A stretch of 64,000 nucleotides of DNA. It comes from Halorussus marinus (GTDB lineage: Archaea; Halobacteriota; Halobacteria; Halobacteriales; Haladaptataceae). Under the pieces are notes generated by a model, which worked only from the letters and a program-made list of their open reading frames with translations, was not told the DNA's origin and did not search any database. Positions within the stretch are counted from its first letter, which is position 1; each line of letters opens with the position of its first letter. The stretch spans positions 62,001-126,000 of the forward strand of contig NZ_SBIV01000006.1 in the NCBI RefSeq assembly GCF_004765795.1. The letters run 5' to 3'. Both the position numbers and the translations under genes were made by a program. Below, one piece after another: positions 20,199 through 29,558 of this stretch.

Positions 20199-22172
20199 AT
20201 GACCGATCGAAAGGAGTTCCGGGACCTCTCGACCCCCGCGCAAGCCCGCGACGCGATCGACGGCCTCGACCTCGCGCCCGACGCCGAACGCGTCCCGCTC
20301 GACGAGGCCCGTGGTCGGGTCCTCGCCGAGCGCGTCGACGCCGGCCTCGACGTGCCGGGGTTCGATCGGGCCGCGATGGACGGCTACGCGGTCGGGGGCC
20401 GGGACACCTTCGGCGCCGACGAGGCCGACCCCGTCGTCCTCGATCTCGTCGGCACCGTCCACGCTGGCGTAGAGCCCGACGTCGAGGTCGCGGAAGGCGA
20501 AGCCGCAGAGATATCGACCGGCGCGGTGATGCCGCCCGGCGCGGACGCGGTGGTGATGGTCGAGCGCACCACCGAGACCGAGGCCGGCGTCGAGATCCGA
20601 ACCGCGGTCGCGCCGGGCGACCATGTGATGTTGGCGGGCGCGGACGTGGCCGCCGGCGAGCGCGCGCTGGGCCCCGGGACGCGGCTCACGGCCCGCGAGA
20701 TCGGCCTGTTGTCGGCGCTCGGCGTCGAGTCGGTCCCGGTTCGGGGCGAGCCGGTCGTCGGCATCGTCTCGACCGGCGACGAACTCGTCCGACCCGGCGA
20801 GGACCTCGACAGCGCGGCGGGCCAGATCTACGACGTCAACAGCTACACGATCGCGGCGGCGGTCGCCGAAGCCGGCGGCGACCCGGTGCTCTACCCCCAC
20901 GCGGGCGACGACTACGACGAGATGGAGCGGCTCCTCCGGAAGGCGGCCGCCGAGTGCGATCTCGTGCTGTCGTCTGGCTCGACCAGCGCGAGCGCGGTCG
21001 ACGTCATCTATCAGGTCATCGAAGAACGGGGCGAACTCCTGTTGCACGGCGTGGCTGTCAAGCCCGGCAAGCCGATGCTGGTCGGCCGGCTCGACGGCCG
21101 CCCCGACGAGTCGGCCGACGACCCCGCCGAACCGTCGGGCGGCTCCGCGTACGTGGGCCTGCCGGGCTACCCCGTCTCGGCGCTCACGATCTTCCGCACC
21201 TTCGTCGCGCCCGCGATCCGGGAGGCCGCGGGACTGCCCGAGCCCGCGACCGCCACCGTCACCGCGCGGATGGCGGCCGAGGAGCGCTACGGCGAGGGGC
21301 GGACCCGGATGCTCCCCGTGGGACTCGTCGAGGCGCCCGAGGCGGTCGGCGAGGAGGGCGACGCGACCGGCGCCGCCGGCGGCGACCGCGACCTGCTGGC
21401 CTACACCGTCGACAAGGGCAGCGGCGCGACCACCAGCCTCGTCGAGGCCGACGGCGTGGTCGAGGTCGACGCCGACACCGCCTACGTCGGCGCCGGCGAG
21501 TCGGTCGAAGTCGAGTTGTTCTCGCCGGACGTGCGCCCGCCGTCGGTCCTCGGCGTCGGCGAGGACGATCCCGCGCTCGCCCGATTGCTCGACGCGCTCG
21601 ACCGGCCGCGATACCTCGCGGTCGGCTCCCGGGAGGGTCTGCGTCGGTTCCGGGACGGCGTGCCCGACGTCGTCGCGACGACCGCGGGATCGCCCGCGGG
21701 CGACCCCGAGCCGCTCGGCGCCTACGACCGCGAGTGGGGACTGGTCGTCTCGGCCGGTAATCCCGAGGGTATCGCGGGACTCGGGGACCTCGTCGACCGC
21801 GAACTGCGGTTCGTCAACCGCGGGACGGACTCGGGGCTCCGGACCAACCTCGCCGACGCGCTCGCCGACCTCGCCGACGAGCGGGCGACGACCCGCCACG
21901 AGCTGGTCGAGGCGATCGACGGCTTCGAACTCGCGGCCCGGGCCCACGAGAGTCCCGCACGGAAGGTCGCGGCCGGCGACGCCGACGCGGGGCTCGGGCT
22001 CCGGGCGACGGCCGAGAAGCTGGGGCTCGGGTTCGTGTCGGTCGGCACCGAGCGCGTCCGGCTGTTTGCCAACCCCGACCGCGCCGAGAAGCCGGGCGTC
22101 GAGGCGCTCGCGACCGCCCTCGACGAGCGACTGGCCGCGATCCTCGACGAGCTACCGGGGTTCGGCCAGTAG
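20199..22172 (+). CDS. moeA2: MoeA fused to a C-terminal periplasmic-binding-protein-like domain
   Basis: AAMDGYAV, STGDEL, VKPGKP, GLPGYP; C-terminal GNPEGI and FVNRGTDSGLR. Confidence 0.92.
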   Translation: MTDRKEFRDLSTPAQARDAIDGLDLAPDAERVPLDEARGRVLAERVDAGLDVPGFDRAAMDGYAVGGRDTFGADEADPVVLDLVGTVHAGVEPDVEVAEGEAAEISTGAVMPPGADAVVMVERTTETEAGVEIRTAVAPGDHVMLAGADVAAGERALGPGTRLTAREIGLLSALGVESVPVRGEPVVGIVSTGDELVRPGEDLDSAAGQIYDVNSYTIAAAVAEAGGDPVLYPHAGDDYDEMERLLRKAAAECDLVLSSGSTSASAVDVIYQVIEERGELLLHGVAVKPGKPMLVGRLDGRPDESADDPAEPSGGSAYVGLPGYPVSALTIFRTFVAPAIREAAGLPEPATATVTARMAAEERYGEGRTRMLPVGLVEAPEAVGEEGDATGAAGGDRDLLAYTVDKGSGATTSLVEADGVVEVDADTAYVGAGESVEVELFSPDVRPPSVLGVGEDDPALARLLDALDRPRYLAVGSREGLRRFRDGVPDVVATTAGSPAGDPEPLGAYDREWGLVVSAGNPEGIAGLGDLVDRELRFVNRGTDSGLRTNLADALADLADERATTRHELVEAIDGFELAARAHESPARKVAAGDADAGLGLRATAEKLGLGFVSVGTERVRLFANPDRAEKPGVEALATALDERLAAILDELPGFGQ

Positions 22173-22796
22173 CTCGTCGAAGCTCTCGATCCGGTAGTCG
22201 CCGAGCACGCACTGGCGGCGCCGGTCGTGGCCGTGGCGCTCGACGTGGACCGCGTCGAGGCCGGCGTTCCACGCCGCGCCCACGTCGTTGGCGCCGTCGC
22301 CGGCGAAGACCCCCCGCCGGTCGGTCGCTCCGACGCCGAGGTCGGCCATCGCGTGCTCGACGGGGCCGGGGTCGGGCTTCCAGCCGAGGTCGGCGTCACA
22401 GCAGACCACGGTGTCGAACCAGTCGCGGATGTCGAGTTCGTCGAGCACCGGCCCGGTCAGGAACGGCTGGCAGTGGGTCACCAGCCCGACCGGACAGTCG
22501 AGCTCAGCCACGAACCGGGCGTCGTCGTAGAGGTAGGTCTTCTCGGCCCGCCGCTGTGGGTCCTCGACGCCGTGGAACGCGTCCCAGAACCGCTCGGGGT
22601 CGATTCCCCACGCCCGGAGCTGGTCGTCGCGGCTCCCGCCGAGCCCGTGCCACAGGAGCTCTGCCTCCCGGTCGGTGAACTCCCGGCCCAGCCGGTCGCC
22701 GACCTCGTCGAACACCGACCGGGGGTACGACCAGTCGATGTCGATGAGCGTGCCGTCGAGGTCGAGCAGCCAGAAGTCGTACTCGCGGGCGACCAT
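22152..22796 (-). CDS. HAD-superfamily hydrolase
   Basis: DLDGTL, WKPDP, GDGANDVGAA. Confidence 0.9.
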   Translation of the reverse strand: MVAREYDFWLLDLDGTLIDIDWSYPRSVFDEVGDRLGREFTDREAELLWHGLGGSRDDQLRAWGIDPERFWDAFHGVEDPQRRAEKTYLYDDARFVAELDCPVGLVTHCQPFLTGPVLDELDIRDWFDTVVCCDADLGWKPDPGPVEHAMADLGVGATDRRGVFAGDGANDVGAAWNAGLDAVHVERHGHDRRRQCVLGDYRIESFDELLAEPR

Positions 22797-22837
22797 GGGA
22801 CCACTCGTAGGGACGGCGGAAAGATAAGTATTCTGCC

Positions 22838-23206
22838 CTATCGGAGTTCGACAGAGCTCCCGAGGTACTTCGTGAGCACCGCCGGGACCGAGTCGGCGTT
22901 GAACGTCGCCAGCTCCGTCCGGATCGCGTCTTTCAGCGCCTCGAAGTACTCCTCGTCGGTCTCGAACGCGCGGTACTCCACCGACCGGACGTCCACGCCC
23001 AGCGCCTCCTCGGTGAGCCGCCGGAAGTGCTCGTCGTCGTTGACCTCGCCGCGCCAGAGGTTGTCCCGGAAAAACAGCCACCCCTCCTCGCCCGGCGGGT
23101 CGGCCGCCCGGGCGAGGCGGGTCTCGAACTCGCCGGGGTCGACGCTCACGCCCTCGGCCGCGGGATCGAGCCGGAACCGCACCGCGAAGACGTAGCGGGC
23201 GTCCAT
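22838..23206 (-). CDS. lwrS: LWR-salt protein
   Basis: GWLFFRDNLWRGE and KYLGSS signature of this haloarchaeal family. Confidence 0.85.
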   Translation of the reverse strand: MDARYVFAVRFRLDPAAEGVSVDPGEFETRLARAADPPGEEGWLFFRDNLWRGEVNDDEHFRRLTEEALGVDVRSVEYRAFETDEEYFEALKDAIRTELATFNADSVPAVLTKYLGSSVELR

Positions 23207-23481
23207 CAGCGCACGTCGTTCACCAACTCGGCCATCTCGACGTCGGCGTCGGTGATGCCGCCGGCCTCGTGGTTGGTGAACCGCACCTCGACCTCCTTGT
23301 ACCCGATCCGCATCTCGGGGTGGTGAAACTCCTCTTCGGCGAGTTCGCCGACCTCCGAGGCGAACGCCACGCCCTCTAGGTAGTCGTCGAACTCGAACGT
23401 TCGGACGATCTCCTCGCCCTCGCGCTCCCAGCCTTCGGGCGCCTTCTCGCTGATCTCCTCGTCGGATAGCAGGTCACTCAT
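23206..23481 (-). CDS. Pterin-4a-carbinolamine dehydratase
   Basis: FHHPE and TNHEAGGITDAD motifs. Confidence 0.92.
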   Translation of the reverse strand: MSDLLSDEEISEKAPEGWEREGEEIVRTFEFDDYLEGVAFASEVGELAEEEFHHPEMRIGYKEVEVRFTNHEAGGITDADVEMAELVNDVR

Positions 23482-23617
23482 ACCGTCGAATTCGTCGCGC
23501 TCGTAAATAAAGGTCCGTGGCGGCCCCCGAGTTTCACTGAGCAGCGGGCATCCACGAACGCTCGACGGTCCATCGAGGATCCGCGAACGCTCGACAACCC
23601 ACCGGACCCACAAGCAG

Positions 23618-23672
23618 TTGGACCGCGAGCGACCGGAGGGAGCGAGCGGACCAAGGAACCCCCGAAGGGGGT
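23618..23672 (+). repeat. REP-like hairpin pair with GNA triloops and tandem G.A mismatches
   Basis: TTGG-A-CCGC-GA-GC-GA-CC[GGA]GG-GA-GC-GA-GCGG-A-CCAA followed by ACCCCC[GAA]GGGGGT. Confidence 0.6.
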
Positions 23673-23742
23673 GAGGCAGTGTTTTTGATCGAGCGTTTGC
23701 AAGGGAAGCGCGTTTATGCGCCGACCGAACAAAAGGTCGCGG

Positions 23743-25089
23743 TTAGTCGTCGTCGCCGGCGATCCGCTGGCGAACGTGGTCGGGCATGCCCGGGGCGGCC
23801 TCGTCGGGGAGTTCGTCGGCGTGATCCGCCGGTCGCTCGTCGTCGCCGAACTCGGGGTTGAACAGTTGGAGCGCGGTGTTGATCGTCGCCCAGTCGTCCT
23901 CGGCGGCGGCGTCGCGCAGGCTCTTGGTCGGGGGCGCGAGCAGCTGGGAGACCAGCGAGTCGGCCATCGCGTCGACGACCTCGCGCTGGTCGTCGGTCAG
24001 GTCGCCGTCGGCTTCGAGCTGGGAGATCGCCTGCGAGATCTCCCGCTCTTTGATGCGTTCGGCGCTCTCGTACATCGTGGCGATGACCTCGTCGGCGCGC
24101 TTGCGCTTGTACCCTTCCAGCAGGTGCTCGAACTCCCGGTCGATCATCGCCTCGACAGACTCGGCGGCCGCCCGACGGCGGCGCTCGGTCTCGCCGGTGA
24201 CCGATTCGAGGGCGGACATGTCGTAGACGGTGACGCCGTCGAGCGCGTCCGCGGCCGGCGAGACGTCCCGGGGCTGGGCGATGTCCACGACCAGCGCGCC
24301 GGTGTCGGCGAGGTCGGCGGCGTCGAGGACGTGGCCCTGACTTCCGGTGGCCGAGACCACCACGTCGGCGGCCGAGAGCGCGGCGTCGAGCGCGTCGAGC
24401 CCGAGTCCGCGAGCGTCGTCGTGGTCGGTCTCGGTCGCGAGCTTGACCGCCCGCTCGGGCGAGCGGTTGACCACGTACAGCGTCTCGACGGGGGCGTCCG
24501 CGAGTGCGTGGGCTGCGATGGCGCCCATCTCGCCCGCGCCGACGACCAGTCCGGCGGCGTCGCCGAGGTCCCGGCGCTCGCCGAGCAGTTCGACCGCCGC
24601 GCTCCCGACCGACACCGCGCCCTCGTTGATCGCGGTCTCGGTGCGGGCGCGCTCGCCGACGTGGATCGCCTTGGTGACCGCGTCGTCGAGCATCGGCCCC
24701 ATCGCGTCGGCCTCGACGGCGGTCTGGTAGGCGTCCCGGACCTGTCCGAGGATCTGGTCTTCGCCGAGTACCAGCGATTCGAGCCCGGCCGCGACCCGGA
24801 GCAGGTGGCGCAGGCTCTCCTCGTGGCCCATCTCGACGGCGGCGTGGCCCGCCGCGTCGGGCGCGAAGTCGCCGAGCACCGCTCGGCCCGTCGACTTCTC
24901 GTCTGTGACGACGTACGCCTCGAAGCGGTTGCACGTCTGGAGCGCGAACGCCTCCTCGACGCGCGGGATGGCGACCAGTCGCTCGACGACCGCTTCGGTG
25001 TCCGCGTGACAGGCCGCTTCGACGTCGTCGAGGCTCGCGTTCTCGTGAGTCACCCGAAGCCCCGAGACGACGCCGGTCGCTGCGGTCAC
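23743..25089 (-). CDS. hemA: Glutamyl-tRNA reductase
   Basis: LQTCNRFEAY (catalytic Cys), ESLVLGEDQILGQV, GAGEMG, DIAQPRD. Confidence 0.96.
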   Translation of the reverse strand: MTAATGVVSGLRVTHENASLDDVEAACHADTEAVVERLVAIPRVEEAFALQTCNRFEAYVVTDEKSTGRAVLGDFAPDAAGHAAVEMGHEESLRHLLRVAAGLESLVLGEDQILGQVRDAYQTAVEADAMGPMLDDAVTKAIHVGERARTETAINEGAVSVGSAAVELLGERRDLGDAAGLVVGAGEMGAIAAHALADAPVETLYVVNRSPERAVKLATETDHDDARGLGLDALDAALSAADVVVSATGSQGHVLDAADLADTGALVVDIAQPRDVSPAADALDGVTVYDMSALESVTGETERRRRAAAESVEAMIDREFEHLLEGYKRKRADEVIATMYESAERIKEREISQAISQLEADGDLTDDQREVVDAMADSLVSQLLAPPTKSLRDAAAEDDWATINTALQLFNPEFGDDERPADHADELPDEAAPGMPDHVRQRIAGDDD

Positions 25090-25139
25090 GGGAACCGACC
25101 CCCCGAGACGACGCCGGCAGTAGATGTTCCGAGAGTCAT
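25086..25139 (-). other. 17-codon upstream ORF MTLGTSTAGVVSGGRFP whose stop overlaps the hemA start (GTGA)
   Basis: ATG at 25139, TGA at 25088-25086; contains a 17-bp copy of the hemA 5' sequence. Confidence 0.4.
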
Positions 25140-25241
25140 GATTGTCTGAATGAACTCACCGCACTCGTCTTGTTCGGGGGTTTGAACCGCCGCTACGTAA
25201 AGCCTTCCAAACGCGACAGTTCGTGCCACGCCGTGTCGCGG

Positions 25242-25646
25242 TCACTCGCCCTCGACGCCGGTCACGTCGAACCCGAGCTCGCGGACGTCGTCGAGGATCG
25301 CCGCCTGATCGGCGTCGGCCTCGTAGTAAAACACCACGTCGAAGGTGCCCTCCCGCAGGAGCTGTTGGCACTCCCAGACGAACTCCTCGTCGTCGAGGGT
25401 GAGCCCCTGGTGTTGATTCGACGCGAAGTCGGTGTCGTCGGTGCCCGAGTAGACGAACGTGTCCTTGGGTTCGTAGCCGGCGTGCTCGGCGATGACCTCG
25501 CCCACGTCGACGGTGAGCTGGTGCATCTCGATGTCGTCGCTCCCGTCGAGGTCGGTGTGGACGATCGCGCCGTTGAGCCGGATCTCGCCGGGTTCGAGCA
25601 GCTGTTTCGTCCGGCGATACAGGTCCTCGTCGAGCGTCTCGGTCAT
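25242..25646 (-). CDS. Conserved haloarchaeal protein (DUF5778-like)
   Basis: LLEPG, FASNQHQGLTL, FVWECQQLLR; acidic. Confidence 0.82.
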   Translation of the reverse strand: MTETLDEDLYRRTKQLLEPGEIRLNGAIVHTDLDGSDDIEMHQLTVDVGEVIAEHAGYEPKDTFVYSGTDDTDFASNQHQGLTLDDEEFVWECQQLLREGTFDVVFYYEADADQAAILDDVRELGFDVTGVEGE

Positions 25647-25746
25647 GTCTCGACCAACGCGCTCCGGGCGTTAAACGCCCTACGATTCGGAGGACACCCG
25701 TCGCTACGCGGTCGGCGCCAAGAAAATACAGCTACGGGCGGAACCG

Positions 25747-25941
25747 TTACAGACGCGTGAGGTTCGTCGCCCGCGGCCCTTTGTCTGCCTGTTCGATGTC
25801 GAACTCGACTTCCTGTCCTTCCTCGAGGTCCGGGCCGCCGACGTCTTCCATGTGGAAGAAAACGTCCTCGTCCGCGTCCTCAGTGTCGATGAAACCGTAA
25901 CCGCCAGTGTCGTTGAAGAAGTCGACCGTACCTTTCGCCAT
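25747..25941 (-). CDS. cspA: Cold-shock protein
   Basis: MAKGTVDFFNDTGGYGFI, VFFHM, KGPRATNL. Confidence 0.96.
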   Translation of the reverse strand: MAKGTVDFFNDTGGYGFIDTEDADEDVFFHMEDVGGPDLEEGQEVEFDIEQADKGPRATNLTRL

Positions 25942-26075
25942 TGCAGTCGTACCAACTCGTTCCATCCTTAAAAAGCTATGCAAACGGGCGGAGCTGACCC
26001 GGATGTGAGTGACTCTCTTAGCGCGCCACAGGTCACAAAACTAATTGCTCTCGGCGGCGTCTGCTCGACAAAGCG

Positions 26076-26999
26076 ATGTTACCGTGGGTACAGCGCCGAG
26101 CGCGGGCCGCCTACGAGCGTCTCCTCAAACGCGAAATTTCCGGCGGGCCGACACACGTCGCGGTCATTCAGGACGGCAACCGCCGGTACGCCGACCGGAA
26201 CGGCGGCGAGGCCCCCGACGGCCATCGCGCGGGCGCCCAGACGACCGAGCGGATGCTCGATTGGTGCCGGGACCTCGGCGTCGAGGAGCTGACGCTGTAC
26301 GCGTTCTCGACCGAGAACTTCGACCGACCCGACCACGAGCGCGAGGCCCTCTTCGACCTGCTCGAACGGAAGCTCTACCAGTTCGCCGACGACGACCGGG
26401 TCCACGACGGCGAGGTCCGGATCCGGGCCATCGGCGACGAGACGATGTTGCCCGAGAGCGTCCGAGAGGCGATCCGGTACGCCGAGCGCCGGACCGACGA
26501 CTACGACCGGTTCACGCTCAACGTCGCGCTGGCGTACGGCGGTCGAAACGAGCTACTGGGGGCCGCCCGCGACGTGGCCCGCGCGGTCGAGGACGGCGAC
26601 CTCGACCCCGACGATATCGACGTCGGCGAGATCGACAACAGGCTCTACGACGACCCGCTCCGGGACGTCGATCTCATCATCCGGACCGGGGGCGACGAGC
26701 GCACGTCGAACTTCCTGCCGTGGCACGCCAACGGCAACGAGGCCGCGGTGTTTTTCTGTACGCCCTACTGGCCGGAGTTCTCGAAGGTGGACTTCCTCCG
26801 GGGAATCCGGACCTACGAGTCCCGCGAGGAGTCCTGGCGCCGGACCAAAGTCAAGCGCGCGGCCGCGCTCGTGCGGGCGGTCGGCGGCGTCGAACTCCGG
26901 GAGGCCCGCGAGGTCATCGACCGGTTCCGGGACACGCTCCCGGAGGGGACGACCGTCGACGAACTCGACGCGGAGGGCGAGAGCTCGTCGGCCGATTGA
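26076..26999 (+). CDS. uppS: cis-Polyprenyl diphosphate synthase
   Basis: HVAVIQDGNRR, YAFSTENF, YGGRNE, IRTGGDERTSNFL. Confidence 0.95.
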   Translation: MLPWVQRRARAAYERLLKREISGGPTHVAVIQDGNRRYADRNGGEAPDGHRAGAQTTERMLDWCRDLGVEELTLYAFSTENFDRPDHEREALFDLLERKLYQFADDDRVHDGEVRIRAIGDETMLPESVREAIRYAERRTDDYDRFTLNVALAYGGRNELLGAARDVARAVEDGDLDPDDIDVGEIDNRLYDDPLRDVDLIIRTGGDERTSNFLPWHANGNEAAVFFCTPYWPEFSKVDFLRGIRTYESREESWRRTKVKRAAALVRAVGGVELREAREVIDRFRDTLPEGTTVDELDAEGESSSAD

Positions 27000-27069
27000 G
27001 GTCAGAGGGCCCCGCCCGGCTCAGCGTCCGAACTTCCGTCGCCGTGCTTCGCTCGCGACGCCGTTCGGC

Positions 27070-27678
27070 CTACCGGCCGAACCGCCGCTGGCGGTTCTCG
27101 TAGTCGAGTAGCGCGCGGAGGTAGTCGCGCTTCCGGAAGTCCCGCCAGTTCACGTCGGTGAAGTAAAGCTCCGAGTAGACCGACTGCCAGATCATGAAGT
27201 CCGAGAGGCGCTCGGCGCCGGTCTTGATAACCAGATCGGGGTTTTCGGGGAACACGAGGTGTTGCTCGACGTCGGTCTCGTCGATCTCCTCGGGGGCGAG
27301 TTCGCCCGCCTCGACGTCCTCGGCGATCCGGGCGACCGCGCCCGCGAACTCGTGTTTGCCGCCGAGTCCGACCGATACCTGGATCGGCGCGTCGGCCCGC
27401 TGGACGTCCTCGGGACTGCGGACCGCCAGCGGGCGGGGCGCGCTCACGCGTTCGAGTTCGCGTTCGAGCGTCGGGACCGCGCCCTCGTCGAGGACGCTGA
27501 CGTACACGGTTACCCGGTCGGCGTCGTACTCGAAGGCCCACTCGAAAAACTCCTCCAGCGTCCGGTAGGCGCCCTGTTCGAGCAGGTCGCGCTCGGTGAT
27601 GACGACGGCGACGTGGCTGGGCGGGGTCGCCTCGTGGCGACGCAGGCGGGCGGCCAGATACCGGTCGTACAGCCCCAC
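27070..27678 (-). CDS. UppS-family paralogue lacking the DGNRR motif
   Basis: HVAVVITERDLL, PDLVIKTGAERLSDFMIWQSVYSEL, C-terminal RRFGR. Confidence 0.88.
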   Translation of the reverse strand: MGLYDRYLAARLRRHEATPPSHVAVVITERDLLEQGAYRTLEEFFEWAFEYDADRVTVYVSVLDEGAVPTLERELERVSAPRPLAVRSPEDVQRADAPIQVSVGLGGKHEFAGAVARIAEDVEAGELAPEEIDETDVEQHLVFPENPDLVIKTGAERLSDFMIWQSVYSELYFTDVNWRDFRKRDYLRALLDYENRQRRFGR

Positions 27679-27831
27679 TGAGTGGGAGTTGATCGGGGAG
27701 CGCCCTAAACGTCACGGACCGCGACGGGGCTCTCGGCGGGTCGTCCGTCCGCCGTCCGTCAGACGGCGCCGGGGAGCAGAGCCGGCGCTTCGGGAGGATT
27801 AAGTAGGCGTCGGCGGAAACGGGGAAGCAAC

Positions 27832-29142
27832 GTGACCACGAGAGTTCGTCGCGCGGCGGCGTACGCCGCGGTCTCGACGCTGTCGCTTGGGGCCCTCGCC
27901 GTCGGTCCGGCGACCGCCATCGCGTTCGGTCTCGTCGCGGTGGCGGCCCTCTCGATCACCGACGGCCCGGTGTTCGAGCTGTTCGCCCGGCCCGCCGACA
28001 GACAGGTGGGTCGGCTCGACGGGCTGGCGGGATTCGCCTTCGCCGCGACGGGGCTGGCTCTGCTGTCGTCGCTGCTCGGACTCCCGACGCGGGCGTTCGT
28101 CGCCAGCCTCCTCGTGGTCGGATTCGGCAACCTCGCCCAGCAGGCGGCCCGGGAGTACGGCGCCGACGAGCTTCAGCGCACCGGCGCGTTCGTGCTCGGC
28201 GGCCTGCTCGCGGCCGCGGTCGGACAGGCTCTGGTGCTCGAAATCGACGGACCCGGGATCGCGGGCGCCCTGCCGAAAGTGGTGTTTCTGGCGGCCAGCG
28301 GCGCGCTCGCGGCCGCGCTCCTCCGGTCGGTGCTGTTCGCCCGCGACGACCCGCTGGTGTTGCTGTCGGTGGCGTTCCTGCTCTGGCTGTTCGCGGATCT
28401 CGCGGTCGCGGTGACCGTCGAGAACGTCGCGATCGCGGTTGCGGTGACCGCGCTCTTTGGCTACGTCTCGTGGGCGCTCGACGCCGCCTCGATCCCGGGG
28501 ATGCTGACGGGCATGCTACTGGCGGTGCTCACCGTCGTGCTCGGCGGGTACGCGTGGTTCGCGGTGCTCATCGCGTTCTTCGGCATCGGGAGCCTCTCGA
28601 CGAAGTTCCGGTACGAGGACAAGCAGGCCCGCGGCGTCGCCGAGGACAACGAGGGCGCCCGCGGGAGCGGCAACGTGCTCGGGAACGCCGCGGTCGCGCT
28701 CCTGGCGGTGCTCGCGTATGCGGCCCACGGGAAGCTCCCGGTCGACGGCTCGCTGTTCCTGTTCGCGTTCACCGGTAGCATGGCCGCGGCGATGAGCGAC
28801 ACCCTCTCCTCGGAGATCGGCGGGGTGTTCGACGAGCCACGGCTCATCACCACGTTCGAGCGGGTCGAACCCGGCACCGACGGCGGCGTGACCTGGCAGG
28901 GCGAACTCGCGGGGCTCGCGGGCGCGTCGGTCGTCGCGGCGCTCGCGGTCGCGCTGTTCGGGGACATCGGGCTCGTCGGCGGCGCCGTGATCGTCCTCGC
29001 CGGAGTCGGCGGGATGACGATGGACAGCGTGCTCGGGGCGACCGTCGAGGGCGACCGACTCGGCAATCAGGGCGTGAACTTCCTCGCCACGCTGACCGGC
29101 GCGATCGTCGGCGCGGCGCTGGCGGCGCTCGTGGTCGCGTGA
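27832..29142 (+). CDS. DUF92 (TMEM19-like) membrane protein
   Basis: Multiple TM helices; GNVLGN, DTLSSEIG, PGTDGGVT, DSVLGA, NQGVN. Confidence 0.88.
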   Translation: MTTRVRRAAAYAAVSTLSLGALAVGPATAIAFGLVAVAALSITDGPVFELFARPADRQVGRLDGLAGFAFAATGLALLSSLLGLPTRAFVASLLVVGFGNLAQQAAREYGADELQRTGAFVLGGLLAAAVGQALVLEIDGPGIAGALPKVVFLAASGALAAALLRSVLFARDDPLVLLSVAFLLWLFADLAVAVTVENVAIAVAVTALFGYVSWALDAASIPGMLTGMLLAVLTVVLGGYAWFAVLIAFFGIGSLSTKFRYEDKQARGVAEDNEGARGSGNVLGNAAVALLAVLAYAAHGKLPVDGSLFLFAFTGSMAAAMSDTLSSEIGGVFDEPRLITTFERVEPGTDGGVTWQGELAGLAGASVVAALAVALFGDIGLVGGAVIVLAGVGGMTMDSVLGATVEGDRLGNQGVNFLATLTGAIVGAALAALVVA

Positions 29143-29558
29143 TCCGGACCGCCGTCGCCGCCGACGAACCCCGGCTCCGCGAACTTCAGGGTCACCTCCG
29201 GGAGCCGAACCCGCCGCTGTTGAGCTACGCGATCGACGGTCCGCCGATCACCCTCGTGTCGGTCGCCGACGGCGAGCCCGCCGGCTACCTCGTCGCGTTC
29301 CACGACGGAGAGGCCGGCTACGTCGCGGAGCTGGTCGTCGCGCCGGCCCGCAGGCGGGAGGGCCGAGCGCGGCGATTGCTCGCCGGCGCCTTCGACGCGC
29401 TCCGGGCGGCCGGCTGTTCGCGAGTCCGCCTCGCGGTCCACCCGGAGAACGACGCCGGGAGCGCCCTCTACGAGTCGATGGGGTTCGAGGAAGTCGGTCG
29501 CGACCCGGCCTTCTACGCCGACGGTAGCGACGCCCGAGTGCTCGGCCGACGGCTCTAG
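29139..29558 (+). CDS. GNAT family N-acetyltransferase
   Basis: [29 protein letters not shown] overlap with the DUF92 gene. Confidence 0.87.
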   Translation: MIRTAVAADEPRLRELQGHLREPNPPLLSYAIDGPPITLVSVADGEPAGYLVAFHDGEAGYVAELVVAPARRREGRARRLLAGAFDALRAAGCSRVRLAVHPENDAGSALYESMGFEEVGRDPAFYADGSDARVLGRRL

